A stretch of DNA of 61,925 bases, counting the filler, from Choristocarpus tenellus KU-1152 (Eukaryota; Protista; Phaeophyceae): assembly GCA_964200185.2 (NCBI GenBank). It is 10 parts of 10 records of this genome, joined end to end, with 100 filler letters (N's around TTAATTAATTAA, not from the genome) between each part and the next. Parts side by side here need not be neighbours in the genome. Positions count along the whole stretch, not along the records: positions 21,625 to 28,633 come from CAXNAD020006872.1; positions 28,734 to 39,134 come from CAXNAD020002949.1; 8 more parts are not named here. One strand, 5' to 3'. A program made the translations under genes and the position numbers. Shown here in pieces: positions 24,871 to 36,802 of this stretch. Every line of letters starts with the position of its first letter. Within the stretch, counting starts at the first letter, position 1. The notes beneath the pieces were generated by a model. The model was not told the origin of the DNA and ran no database searches. It saw nothing but the letters and a program-made list of their open reading frames with translations.

Positions 24871-27800
24871 GTTGATTGTTAGGTCTGCAAATAATTTAAT
24901 AAAAACGTTCTCAATTTTCCAAGACTGTGCACCAAGACAAGCTACTTGCTTTTTTAGCCTTGGCAACTTATTATGCTGTGGTATTCTGTGTAGCCTGTAT
25001 GTGTTTGAATGTTGGCAGGGTACTGTTTGTGCGTGCATATGTGTGGTCACCAGCTATGAGATAGAAAGGGTCAGTGGTTGATGCGGCATCTCTAAACCCC
25101 ACTCGGAGACTGTGGCTGTGTGTAGAAGAGGATATGGACGTTCCTCCTCGTAAGTACTGACTCAACCTCCAGAGTGGTATAAACACATGTATTTATACCA
25201 GAATACTCAATGAACTCTGTTACATGTAGGAATGCTATGAAGATCACTACGATTTACGATTGTGACTACGATTACAATATTCTTTATGTACATACCTCAC
25301 TATATTATCATTATATTATCCCACTTTTTCGTAGTCTGATCTGAAAGGATCAATACAGTCAGAAAGGTTAAAGGTGATACAAGAAGAGAGAAACATAGGA
25401 AGAATATGTATGCCCGAACATCAACACATCAACAAACAAAACAAAAAATATATAGAGGAAAAAGAAAAAACTTGAGACAAGGTTCATACAGCAATAATAC
25501 CTGACTAGAAAATAACTCGTGTGTATTGGTTGTGTACCCCAGACACAGTCAAACATTGTTCACAAGTTTTTCGGTTTGTCTGTGCATTTCTCTATTTTAG
25601 GTCCTGTCGGATAAATTCACATTTTACGTGGTCTGACCCTGTCAGAAATATTTTATGCACCAGCCTCTTGGCCCACTGAGAATATTCGTTAATCACTGTT
25701 GGTGATACAGTACATCAAATCCATATTTTAATAATTAAGTTCTCAATGTCAGTAGAGTCGGTGTCCCTTTTTAGAAGACCCCAAATAAGACGAGTCAGTG
25801 AGTAAGGTGACGAATTTTGGCTTGGCACAAATTATATTTTGATTTTCGGGGCAAAGTCGTGTTTTGTAGGCAGCTGATACGTCTTGAAGTGGATGGACAT
25901 GCCTGTTGGGGGTACTTACAACCCCGTTCGTGGTCACATAGGAACCTACCACAGAGTACCTTTTTGTATGCTTTGGTCATGCAGTGTGCAGTGAAACGTT
26001 TATTGTCTCATTCCTACCATCACGCCTGGACTACCTACCAACTGGGCATCTAAAAAAAGGTAGGTGAGGACACTACCTCCATGGAATTTATGGTACTGTG
26101 GATCTGGATAGGGACGATGAGATGAGTTGCGCTTCGATTGTAACACTCCCAATTGGTATGTTTAGGGTAAGGAGAATAGTACCGAGGAGTAGCAGTGATG
26201 ATGAGGCCATCTCTGAGTCAGCAACTTCTCAAACTGGAAATAGCCTTGCCGCTTACAGCTACTCTTTGGTCTTGAGATCAAAGCTGGCAAGCTTCTGACC
26301 AATAACACCATCACCAGAGCTCAGGAATTATTGTAATTATAATAACATCGGCTTTGAAAACATGCTTTTGATATTTTTTAGCGAGTCTGACAAATCTGTC
26401 ACATCTGTCATACGCACTAAAATGATAATGTTTATAGAGTATCTAGAAAATTAGCATTTCACCCCAGATCGTCCGCATCAGATCGTTCGCCCCAGACTGT
26501 TACGCCTAGTCACTCAAAACGTGTTCTATATATATATGCGCTACAAGCACCCCCCACACACCAATCATGTCCACGTTGTTCAACACAGGATACAAATATT
26601 TACAGCAGAAAAAAAGGAAAATGCGGCACACAAAAGAAAAGAGGAGGCTCATACCATCTCCTGCTCTCTCTGTCTCACCATCATGTTGGACTTGTCCGAA
26701 CACTTCTACCTGAATTGTGTCCTGGGTTGTGTTGTAGCATTCCGCAACAAGCTGGACATTCCGCAATTGGCCTTTTTCCCATCTGACTGGATAGATGACT
26801 CGCTCCTCTCTGACCTTCTCCACATCTTGGGATTGACATTTTGACACAGTGTCTCTCATTCACAGGTCTCAAAACCACAATTAAAGTCTCCTGCCCTTAT
26901 CTTTGCCGCAGAGGGTTCTCTCCTCCTCCAACCCGTGTACAACCGTCAAGGTCACTTCTAGTGGGATACACTCCTCGGCGTCCCTTCTCTGCCTCCCCAC
27001 ACCCTTCACTTTCTCTGATCCACATCCACATCCACATGCCACGTTTCATGTCACGTTCAGCTGCCAATTGATCGCACCCCCTCTTCTCCTTCACTGGTGT
27101 TCAAAGTCCTTCTCAACTCCTTTCTCCAACAAGTATGACCATAACCCTGGTGGCAAGGAGTCAGCGCCATGCCCCCCCTCATAACACACTGAGTATACAA
27201 GAGTGTCGGAATCATTGATGTCCACCTTGTAGACTTTCCTTGTACATATGACCACTGCCACAAACGATGAAATTGGTCTCTCACCCATAGTTGGCATGGG
27301 ATGCGTCCCTGCGGGTTCGATATCTCAAGAAGACAATAGGAGTTCTGCTAAGGGCGTGCCGGTTGGACTCTGCAATGAGCCTCTGGCACTGTCCTGGAGG
27401 GATGGTGTAGGTGACATGAAGGATGTTACAAAGAAGGTAGAGGAAGTCAGGAATGAAAATCAGCTGAAGAGGTACGGAACAGGGAGACAATGGCGCATCC
27501 TGTTGCATGGTGCAAATTTGTGTTTATGGGGAAGGAATCAGGGCCAGCACGGACACCATAAAACGTATATTATACCGTTTTGGTGCGAATTCGTCGTCCA
27601 ATGTGCTTGCACCAAAAAAGAGAGGTATGCTTCCAAATTTTGAACAAAAACGAGGTCTATGATTCGGGATGCACCAGTATAATAAGTATTCTGACTGAAG
27701 AATGTTGTTGATAATGTGGAAAGGTTCCTCTACATAATAATTCAAGATCGGACCGATTTGACCGAAAATAGGAAAACAGGAACGGGAGGATATAGCAGGA

Positions 27801-28239
27801 AAGGAGTGATTAAATCCCGGCTACGCCAAATTGTCGCAGTACCTACCCAAGTGGCACTGTCTAGACGTGTCATTCATTTTAAGCTGGAGTCACCAGGGAG
27901 ATGGGCACGGAGGTGTTTATTGGATTCTTGGAATGCCTCCCTAGCTCCTCCCCCCAAGGTTCAGGAATAGGTAGATTGGAGACACAGGAAGGCAGTAGTA
28001 CAACATAGATGGTGGTGAAGTAACAAATAGGTAAGTGTTTTTCACATTTTGGACATTATTTTTCTTTAGGGCTTATACTGACATGTGTATATTTTCCTTT
28101 GTTTCTCCCCTAACACATCTCCAAAATGTTAGAGGGCATAAAAGTAAAATCGAAATGTTGAAGAATATGTTACATGCACATGAGGAATTAATAAAAAAAC
28201 ATGGCTAAGACACCGAATATTCTGACGTTCTGGAAAACA

Positions 28240-30560
28240 TTAATACTTGCATATCTCAACGTTGTCTGCCCGTGACAGATTAATTGTTGGCACCCCTTCC
28301 TTGACAAAAACCACATCGCCAGCACTGAACTGCCTCCAATAACTGGGGTGGTCCCTGGCGTTCCATTCTAAACTTTCCTTGTTGTGTAGAGTGAATGACA
28401 GAAATCCTAACCTGTGCACTCCAACGGCTCCTTTCGCAAACAATGCACACTGCCAGCGGCCTCTTCTTCCTCCAAAGGTGACACTCTGAAGGTACATGTC
28501 AAACACCTGGTCTTCAGATGAAAACCCAAGGTCGATCTTCCTCAAGCGAGGAATGTTTGTGCCCTGCCCCTTGCAGTTTGGCCCAGTGGGGGGGGGTGGG
28601 GGCTGTCCATTTAGGGTCAATTTGTTCATGTCGNNNNNNNNNNNNNNNNNNNNNNNNNNNNNNNNNNNNNNNNNNNNTTAATTAATTAANNNNNNNNNNN
28701 NNNNNNNNNNNNNNNNNNNNNNNNNNNNNNNNNTCAGTGGCTATGATTTTCGCTACTTTAATCTCTTGTTCTAGCATGTACCGACTGAACCTCACCTTGT
28801 CCTTCAGGCATACAGTTGTATCCTGCTGGGAGGTTTTCTGGAGGAGGCACTCGTCTCTCTCCTCCTGGATTCCTCCTTATCTCGACCCTTCAACCGTGCC
28901 CTCCAGTAGAGTGACTTGAACCAAAAAACTGGAGCCTTTGTCCTACCTGTCTCTTCCGCTTTCATCCTTCCAAAATGTTTGACACCAATACCAGTAGGGA
29001 AGAGACGTAACACATCCTATCGGGGCAAGGATTGTTCTTGGGTGGGAACATTAGTTGGGCATGATCTTGTGCTAGGGTTGTGAAGGTCCTAGAAGAAGGA
29101 ATGATAAACATCCAACTGTAGTAAGGTAAAGCTGTTCATTTCTTCTGTTTAGTTACCTGGTCGGACAACAGTCCATCTTAGACCGTTCCTTTGTATTAAA
29201 ATGTCATCTGCTAAGGTCTGACAAGGGCACACATTGTTACTGCTCGATCTGAGTGTTGGAATCTTGACAAAAGGTACCCATGGTGACAGTGGTGATGGTT
29301 GGGAGCATTGACCTTCTCTAGATGACAGTTCCCTCTAGTGTTGTCTACAAAATGTTGCTCCTAAAAATAATTTCGTAAGGCAGCCCCACCATTATCCTAA
29401 AAGCCATAGGGCGCACTTTTTCCTCTGGGGAACACGCTATTGGAAGTTTGCATGACCTCAATACCACCATTAGTGGAATATTGCACCCTCGGGGGTTTGC
29501 TGCATTTAAGGTACCTTTGCCTACCATGTTGAGCTGTGGTAAGCAATTTTCACAAAAAAAGATGAGACCTGCACCAGTGTCAAGGAGTACTTGGGCAAGC
29601 ATTCTCAAGTGGACTCTGCGTGGGAGACATAGCAGGGCATATGTCGATACTTGACGAAGACCATAGGCCGGTGTCATGGTGAATATTATCGAGGTGGAAA
29701 TGAAAGTCTGAATGTCTATAGTTGGAATGACATGACTGGAAACTCAGACTCCACGGTGTAACTTCAAGACGACTCTGCAGCGTCGGAATTGGTTGGGCTT
29801 CTCGCGAATAGTGGAGGGATTTTTGAGTCTTGCATCGCTGCTAGGTATCGGAGATACGTTTCTATTAAGGCTACCATCGTATGAGACTCTACAGTGGATT
29901 GAGTACCCGGAGGTCCTCGGTGGGTTCCGAAAAGGTATGGGAGGATTCCCCTGGGAACTAACGAGTCGTTTTATATATACCTTCACTCGTCAGTTATGGA
30001 CGCGAATCAGTCTTGACTACAGACATGATTAAAACAGACTCGGTGTTCCGTTAGCCATGTATCGACTTCGTCCTGGGAGGCTGATGACGGAGGTAGAGCC
30101 TTTGCCCGAATCGTGCCGACTTCTATCGCTTGCCGTGTCTGTGGCTTAGAGCAAATGGGAATTAAGGCACAGGCTGGGGAACAGATTTGACTGGTCGAAG
30201 GGGTTTTGATGCATTGCGTTTTGGGGAACGAACGAGGTATCGTGTTTGCCGGGAACGGAGGAAGGTTAGGAACTTAAGGCTGCACAGACAGCGGGCGAGG
30301 AGTTCTGGGTTAAAACAGGTTGAAGCATCGGTGCAAGGGCTGCCAGTACACGGTTGACAACCTCTGTATTAAAGTGAATTTTGACTTGATACCCATTCCT
30401 GCATGGAAGTCCTGTTGTGGTAATATAGTCCCTGTTTCTGCCTGATGATCGGGGTTTCAGCTCTGGCATCGGAAGGGTGTGACATGCCAGCAAATGAGCA
30501 CATCTACCATCTACCCGAACCAGTGTAAGTCTTCTCCTTGTACAATGTAGGTTTTGCAGC
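28240..30560 (-). pseudogene. Decayed Ty3/Gypsy remnants: aspartic protease and possible integrase C-terminus; interrupted by a MITE B fragment (~28585-28633) and a gap
   Basis: AQVLLDTGAG retropepsin motif (~29590) with IMVGLPYEIIF downstream; FSAGDVVFVKEG (~28320) resembles GDLVLVKEAD in the Gypsy element at 57170. Confidence 0.5.
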
Positions 30561-31825
30561 ATTTTGATTGACTGGGATAAATCGGTTGCTTCGATTTGGA
30601 TAACTCTTTTTTGAGACCATCAGTAATCCGTTAAAGGATTACTCTGCAAAAATCCTATAGGGTGAATTTGGTTTCTAATCTATAAAGTAAATATCAAATA
30701 TACAATATATAGAGAATAGAGGGAAATTTGATCTGGGTAGGACTTTGGGTAGGAGAGTTGGGCTCGTTAGTACAAATCAATAAGTTGATCTTCACCTATA
30801 TATCCCCCCCCAAAAGAACTTCGTATTGCATGAGGGATCCGCAAGTCCATCGCATACGCTCAATGGTAGAAATCTAGGCTATGACCGCAGCCTTCCGCAT
30901 CACACCTTTCTCTCTCTTAAAAAAAATAACACATGGCCACCTTTACTGCGATTTTCGGCTGGCCATCCAAAAAGGGTGCACTCACACAACTCTCACCAAA
31001 ATATGTACCCACTCAGTTGCCGTAACGTCATATCAACGGACCTGTAAGAGCTGTCCTCTGATGCGTGGGACATCGATTGCAGACGAAGCACCTGAAAGGA
31101 TCACTGTGTGTCCTAAGAAAGTTAGACAAGAGTCTTCGAGGAGCTCGATGTGGAAAAGGGATGAAGCTATGGTTGCATGGACGCGATGCATAAACACGTT
31201 TGAGCCATCACAACTGCTGCAAGACTTCTCGCAAAGTCTGGCCTTAGACAGGAACATCTCCGAATCACTGATTCCCAGCGGAACCTGCGAAATAAAAGAA
31301 CAGCATGAGAAACAAAAACAGATCGGGAATGTGAGTGTATGAATGGCGAGGAAGAACTACCTAGGCAACGTCTATACCATGGCAGTCAAAAAGCACTCGT
31401 TTGGGACTATAGGTGGATGATGTGGCAGTCAGAGACCACTGATTGTACAACAATGAAGGATGATAGTTTCCTTGGAGCCACAGATGCCATCACACTCACA
31501 GACACGACGAGGCCAAGAAGAAAACCCAGCAGACGCCGAATAAAGATCTCCAACCCAAGTGGGAAAATAAAAGAATCCAGGTGGACATAGGAAGCTAGCT
31601 ACAAAGAACTATAAGTGTTGAGGTGAATGCGGAGGATTCTCTCCAGTTTGAAGAGAAGCGGTAGGACCTCCATGTTACAGCACACCCCTGAACTCACCTC
31701 CAAAGGATGTATAACTCAAATCCAACGACCTTAAAATTACGCTACGTGGGGGTTCACAGATGATGACCACGAATGGTGTCAGTTGATGCTTAGCTCAGTC
31801 AATGTGCTTTTCACTTTGTCAAAAG

Positions 31826-33884
31826 TGTGCAATTTACCTTGGAAGGTAATGCTATTTATCAGTAGCGAAGACAAGAAGGTGTGAAGCCTCACACGACCCC
31901 CTTCGCTGAACGTGAAAAGAATGGGTGGAATCACAAGAGTGACCTTTGTGGGGTGTCTTCTCATTGCTTGTTTTATTATTACTTGTGCTTCCTACCTAAG
32001 TCAACTGTTACGTCAAAGTAGCTGAATGCAGAATAATAGCCTACTATACGTAATCTCATTCATAATCCAGATGTACTATCTCATTAGTTACATCTCTCAT
32101 ACACAAAATAAGGTACACTTCATTATTGTCCTATTTTGCACACTCCCCCATGAGAGTGCAGGTAATGAAAGAGTTGCTGGAATTCTCAAACCTAAAACGT
32201 TTTATTTTGTCAATGCAGTAAAAGACGCAGATTAACTCAACTGTAACACACAACATTCATCTAGTCAACACAGTGTCTACAAAGTCTTCTACCTGCTTCT
32301 TATGTAATCTATTGGTCAAGATGTCTGCAAGTTGGAGTGCCATGGGAATATATTTTACGGTAAAAACTCTTTGCTAACATACTCCCTGGTGCATTTTAGT
32401 TTAATATCAACATGCCTTGTCCGTCCATTGATGCCTTCAGTTACTGCTGCTTGGATCGCACCTCGATTGTCTCCATACCAAGTCGTGACCCCTTTGAGTA
32501 TGCCCAGCTCCCCCAGGATGCCTCTGAGGAATATTGCATGCCTCATTCTATGTACCATTGCTGTCCATTCCGCTTCTGATAAAGATGTGGTTACAGTTCC
32601 TTGCATCTTGGATTTCCATGTAATTGGTGCCTCATTCAATAGGATTAGGTATCCCGTCACGCTTCGTCTTGAAACAGTGTCATTGCCACAGTCTGAGTCT
32701 CCATGAAGTGTTCCGGGTGCCATCCCAGGCGGGTGTGTTGCAGGTGGATCTCCATTCAAATATGAATGATACTTCCGCCATTGATGGTTCATCTCCAAGC
32801 AGTAGTATGCACATTGGTTTGGTTTGGAGTCGCTTCCAGCTGATCCCCTGATCTTTCGAGCATGACCGTTCCTTACATTGCCATGCATTGCCAATACCTC
32901 ATCATGCCCATCTTGACCTGAGTGAGGGTAAGTTGTCGACGAGATGATTATCCGTTTGAGCTCCTCATAGCTGATGTACAGGCGCGTTATTATTTGCGCG
33001 AACACATGTGGCATCGCTTCCTTGATCCCAAGCAGTATAGATGCCCTCTTCATGTTTTCGGATTTGGGCTCCTTGAGCTTATTGAATTCCGAAAATAGTC
33101 GTTCGAGATTAAGGACAAGATCGGTGCTGTCCTGAGACGCCGCACACCGTAATTCTCGGAGTTTCGCCTCCAATGTGATGACTTGTACGGGGATCTCATC
33201 CTCTGTGCGTCCACCGTGGACTCGTTCTAATTCTTGTCATGCCCCTCTGTCGTCGGTTGACCTCTATTTTCGTATTTCGCCACAATTGTCGATGCAGACC
33301 CCTTTGTCGTTTGTAGGAGGAACCATAACGCCTTGTTATTCTTCGTGTGTGTGGCATGTGCCGTACGCACTGCCTCTCCCGAGATGGTGGTGGGTGTTTC
33401 AGGGATCTCGTAGTCCCTCATCATAATCTCGTACAAATCCTTTCCACCAGCACAGGCGATCAATGACAGTCTCCAAGTCGACTAGGTCTCCAATGACCTT
33501 CCTGTGGCCTCTGTCCAGACAGCAAGTTTCTTCAGGTCAGTCTCCATACTACTAAGGCTCATACATAACCTGTGCCATTTACCTTGGGAGGTAATGCTAT
33601 TTATCAGTAGCGAAGACAAGAAGGTGTGAAGCCTCACACGACCCCCTTCGCTGAACGTGAAAAGAATGGGTGGAATTACAAGAGTGACCTTTGTGGGGTG
33701 TCTTCTCATTGCTTGTTTTATTATTATTTGTGCTTCCTACCTAAGTCAACGGTTATGCCAAAGTAGTTGAATGCAGAATAATATCCTATACCTAATCCCA
33801 TTCATAATCCGGATGTGCTATCTCATTAGTTACATCTCTCATACACAAAATAAGGTACACCTCACTATTGTCCTATTTTGCACA
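31826..33884 (-). mobile_element. Non-autonomous Ty1/Copia LTR retrotransposon (internal deletion derivative, 2.06 kb)
   Basis: LTRs 31826-32142 and 33571-33884 (TG…CA, about 94% identical by eye); AAAG on both flanks; PBS-like GGTTATG(TATG)AGCC after the 5' LTR; PPT ATGGGGGAG before the 3' LTR. Confidence 0.93.
32355..33173 (-). pseudogene. Copia Gag C-terminus fused in frame to Copia RNase H
   Basis: Gag-like helical region with a degenerate zinc knuckle, then DSDCGNDTVSRRSVTGY…ITWKSKMQGTVTTSLSEAE…GDNRGAI…RTRHVDIK; upstream gag is frameshifted. Confidence 0.85.
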
Positions 33885-34427
33885 AAAGAGGGTAAGGTTC
33901 AAAGAATTGAGGCGTGTGGTCAACACTCAGCCTTTTATTAACATCATTCACCGTTTTTCTGAAGCTAAGGAGTTAAATGAAGTGCAAACTGCTGTGTAAA
34001 TACTCCAATCATAAATCTATATTCTGCAACTTTCAGGAATTGACACCTATTATTCTGTAAGATTATGTATGCATTTCGAATCTTACTCTGCATCTTCTAT
34101 AAATTCAAAGTTCCTCTTACATGAATTCATATGTATGTATACTGTTCGCGCATTTTGGCATGCAGAAAGAAATGCTCGCCCTATTCGCCAGTAACAAATA
34201 TACTCAGCTCACTCATCGCCTAATGTTCTATGTGCATGTGTTGGGGAAAGTTGGAATTGACTCACGAGCCACTAGGCAGAACAATTGATATGTGCATCTC
34301 TTGTTTGTTCAACTGTTTCGTTCCACTCATTGTTTTGAAGAAGTTGGCCGGCAAGCTTTATGGCATGTATCGATGAAAACCTGCGTAATAATATGTAAAA
34401 AGACAAGCGGGATATTGGAATCATTGT

Positions 34428-34552
34428 TTCCATGTGGAGGTGCGTACCCTATAATGTGAAAAATAGTCAGAAAGCAAATCGGCAAATTCCTTCCATGTGA
34501 AGGTGCGTACCTTGTAATGAAAAAAAAAGAAGCAGAAATCAAATCGACAAAG
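34428..34552. repeat. Imperfect tandem duplication (~64-bp unit x2)
   Basis: TTCCATGTG(G/A)AGGTGCGTACC…AAATCG(G/A)CAAA occurs twice. Confidence 0.6.
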
Positions 34553-36802
34553 TATAGCCCATTATAGATAGCGCTGTATGCCTGTATTTGTGATTTTCGC
34601 GTACCATTTTTAGTGCATTACATTTTATGACCTTACACGATATTGAGAAGGTGTAGGGCCAAAATGTGATCTGTCCTGGTGCCGTCTGACAGAGTCCGGG
34701 CCTGCCTGTGAAACCTTCATTAGGAAATAGTTGCGCACATACACCATAGCTATGAATGTACACCTAGTTCGATTATCACATTTTGCACAGCCAAGCGCAA
34801 ATCACCCCCTTGCGCGCAACCCACCGCTTGTGTCCTTCCTACTGCTGCATCTGGGGCAATGTGGCTGGTGGGGTGTGTGACCTGTACTGCATTTCCTGCG
34901 TAGATATCTGTGCCCAAGACTAATGTGTGGTGAATATGCTCTTTCTTGCTACCCTGGGTGTCACTCCCAAATACATCCCCTGCTTGGTCTCAGCATTTCT
35001 CACCGCAAGTCATAACTTTATTTTCTGTGTATGATACTATTATGTAGTGTATCGAACAACTTCTTACAACAATCAGTTAATGGACAGAGTGGGACTGTTA
35101 GAATATGTTTGTTGCCAGGCAGGCTGGTGCTCGCGTTGCAACAAATAATGAGGAAGTACTCCCAAATAGTTGTGTGGTCAAAATATGTTCAAGATTGATC
35201 TGACATACATGTCGAAATGACTGTGTTTCATGTATGTGTACGTATAATTGATTACTACTCCTTGACATAGTCTTACATATGTGAGGGGTTAGACTGGGTT
35301 ATCTTCACACATAAAAAAAGCAAAAAATGGTGCCGAATTCTGTTGGTCACTAACCCTAGACTATCTCATCATTGTCACAACTAGGTCACCTCGTACAAGC
35401 ACAACAGCCTATGCAGCTCTTGTTCTAACATTGAGCACGTGTAGAGTGGAGGCACCTACCATGGTTTATGCAAACAACCACCATTGCAACGCACTGCACT
35501 CAAGAAGTATATAATATTGTAGCTCCATTTTCAGCGTTATAATAGCATAGTAATTGTGTGCATCCTTCTATATGCAACATGACACTTCCCCATGGATAGC
35601 ATGCCTGAATGTACCAACCAGTCTACAACACTACCCACACCATATCTTGGTCTGTCCTAGATATAAAAAACTATCGCCAACAAAGAGAAATCAACAAACT
35701 CTTCCTTCACTTATTGGCACAGTTTTGACTGATCTCCATACTGCTTATTGTGTGATACAGTATACCAGGGCGGTTTGGATGCACCTGCCAAAAAAACGAG
35801 AATCAGCAACTTCCTTTGTGTAAAAAAAGGTGAACACAGGAAGGAAGAGGACTCATTGTTGGAATTAAGGGGACTACACGATCCTGAAAACAGTTCACTC
35901 CATCATATATTACCCAATACTGTCAACCAGACTAACAGCACAGTATTTCCAACAGTGATGAGGTCCATTTGGACCCACTAAACAACTCGAAACATATATC
36001 ACTAAATTCAACACAAAAAAATTCGTAAGTACTTTTTTGAACACTGCAATGTCGCTTCGGTATAATGCACTACTCTCCCACATGTGTTGCAAGACATAAT
36101 CACAACATACACAAGTAGCTTGTATAAGCAGCAAGCAAATCAATGCAACTCCCCTTAGCACAGCTAACCAGACATGGACGTAACATGTGGAAATATCACA
36201 GAGCAGGCTTACCGTCACCCACGTGCACACTCTAAGTGGACATATAAATCCCAAAAAAGTGAGGGCAAGCACACCCCTCATAAACCCCCCCCCGAAAACG
36301 TACAATCAACCGCAACAATAGAGGAAGCATGATGCACGTCAAGTGTTGTTGACACAACACAAACATCCACAACATTACAGCGAGAAAAAATAACATGGCG
36401 GATCCAGTGTGTGACAGTCTCTGCCAAACACCCTCTGCAGTAAGGACCTTTTTCATTCCGCAAAAGGAAAACAAAAGTTATATATTTGCACCAAAACGCA
36501 AAACTTGAAAGGATAGGATGCATTTACTAGTTGATAACGAATGTCTTCATCACCTCAAAAATGTTTTCACAGAATACATTCCGCTAAACATAAGGAACAT
36601 ATGGCGTCCAAATTATTTGCCAACAAAAAAATCCCTTTCCAAGGCCACCAAAAACGGTCATGTCTACCTGCCTCTCCTACAACTGCTTTTCTACTATGTA
36701 CTATGTACTATATATATGGCAGCGGATCACATCCCCGCTGCAGCACAACCAAACACACCAACACATGCATTCAACGTAACACATAATTGATGTATTCGTT
36801 CA

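Noticed and set aside
30820-31758. 5' LTR of the minus-strand Gypsy remnant
   Set aside because: TG start is plausible, but no second LTR, clear PBS or TSD in the window
31779-33709. Duplicated small ORF MRRHPTKVTLVIPP…
   Set aside because: Lies within the two LTRs; the duplication reflects LTR identity
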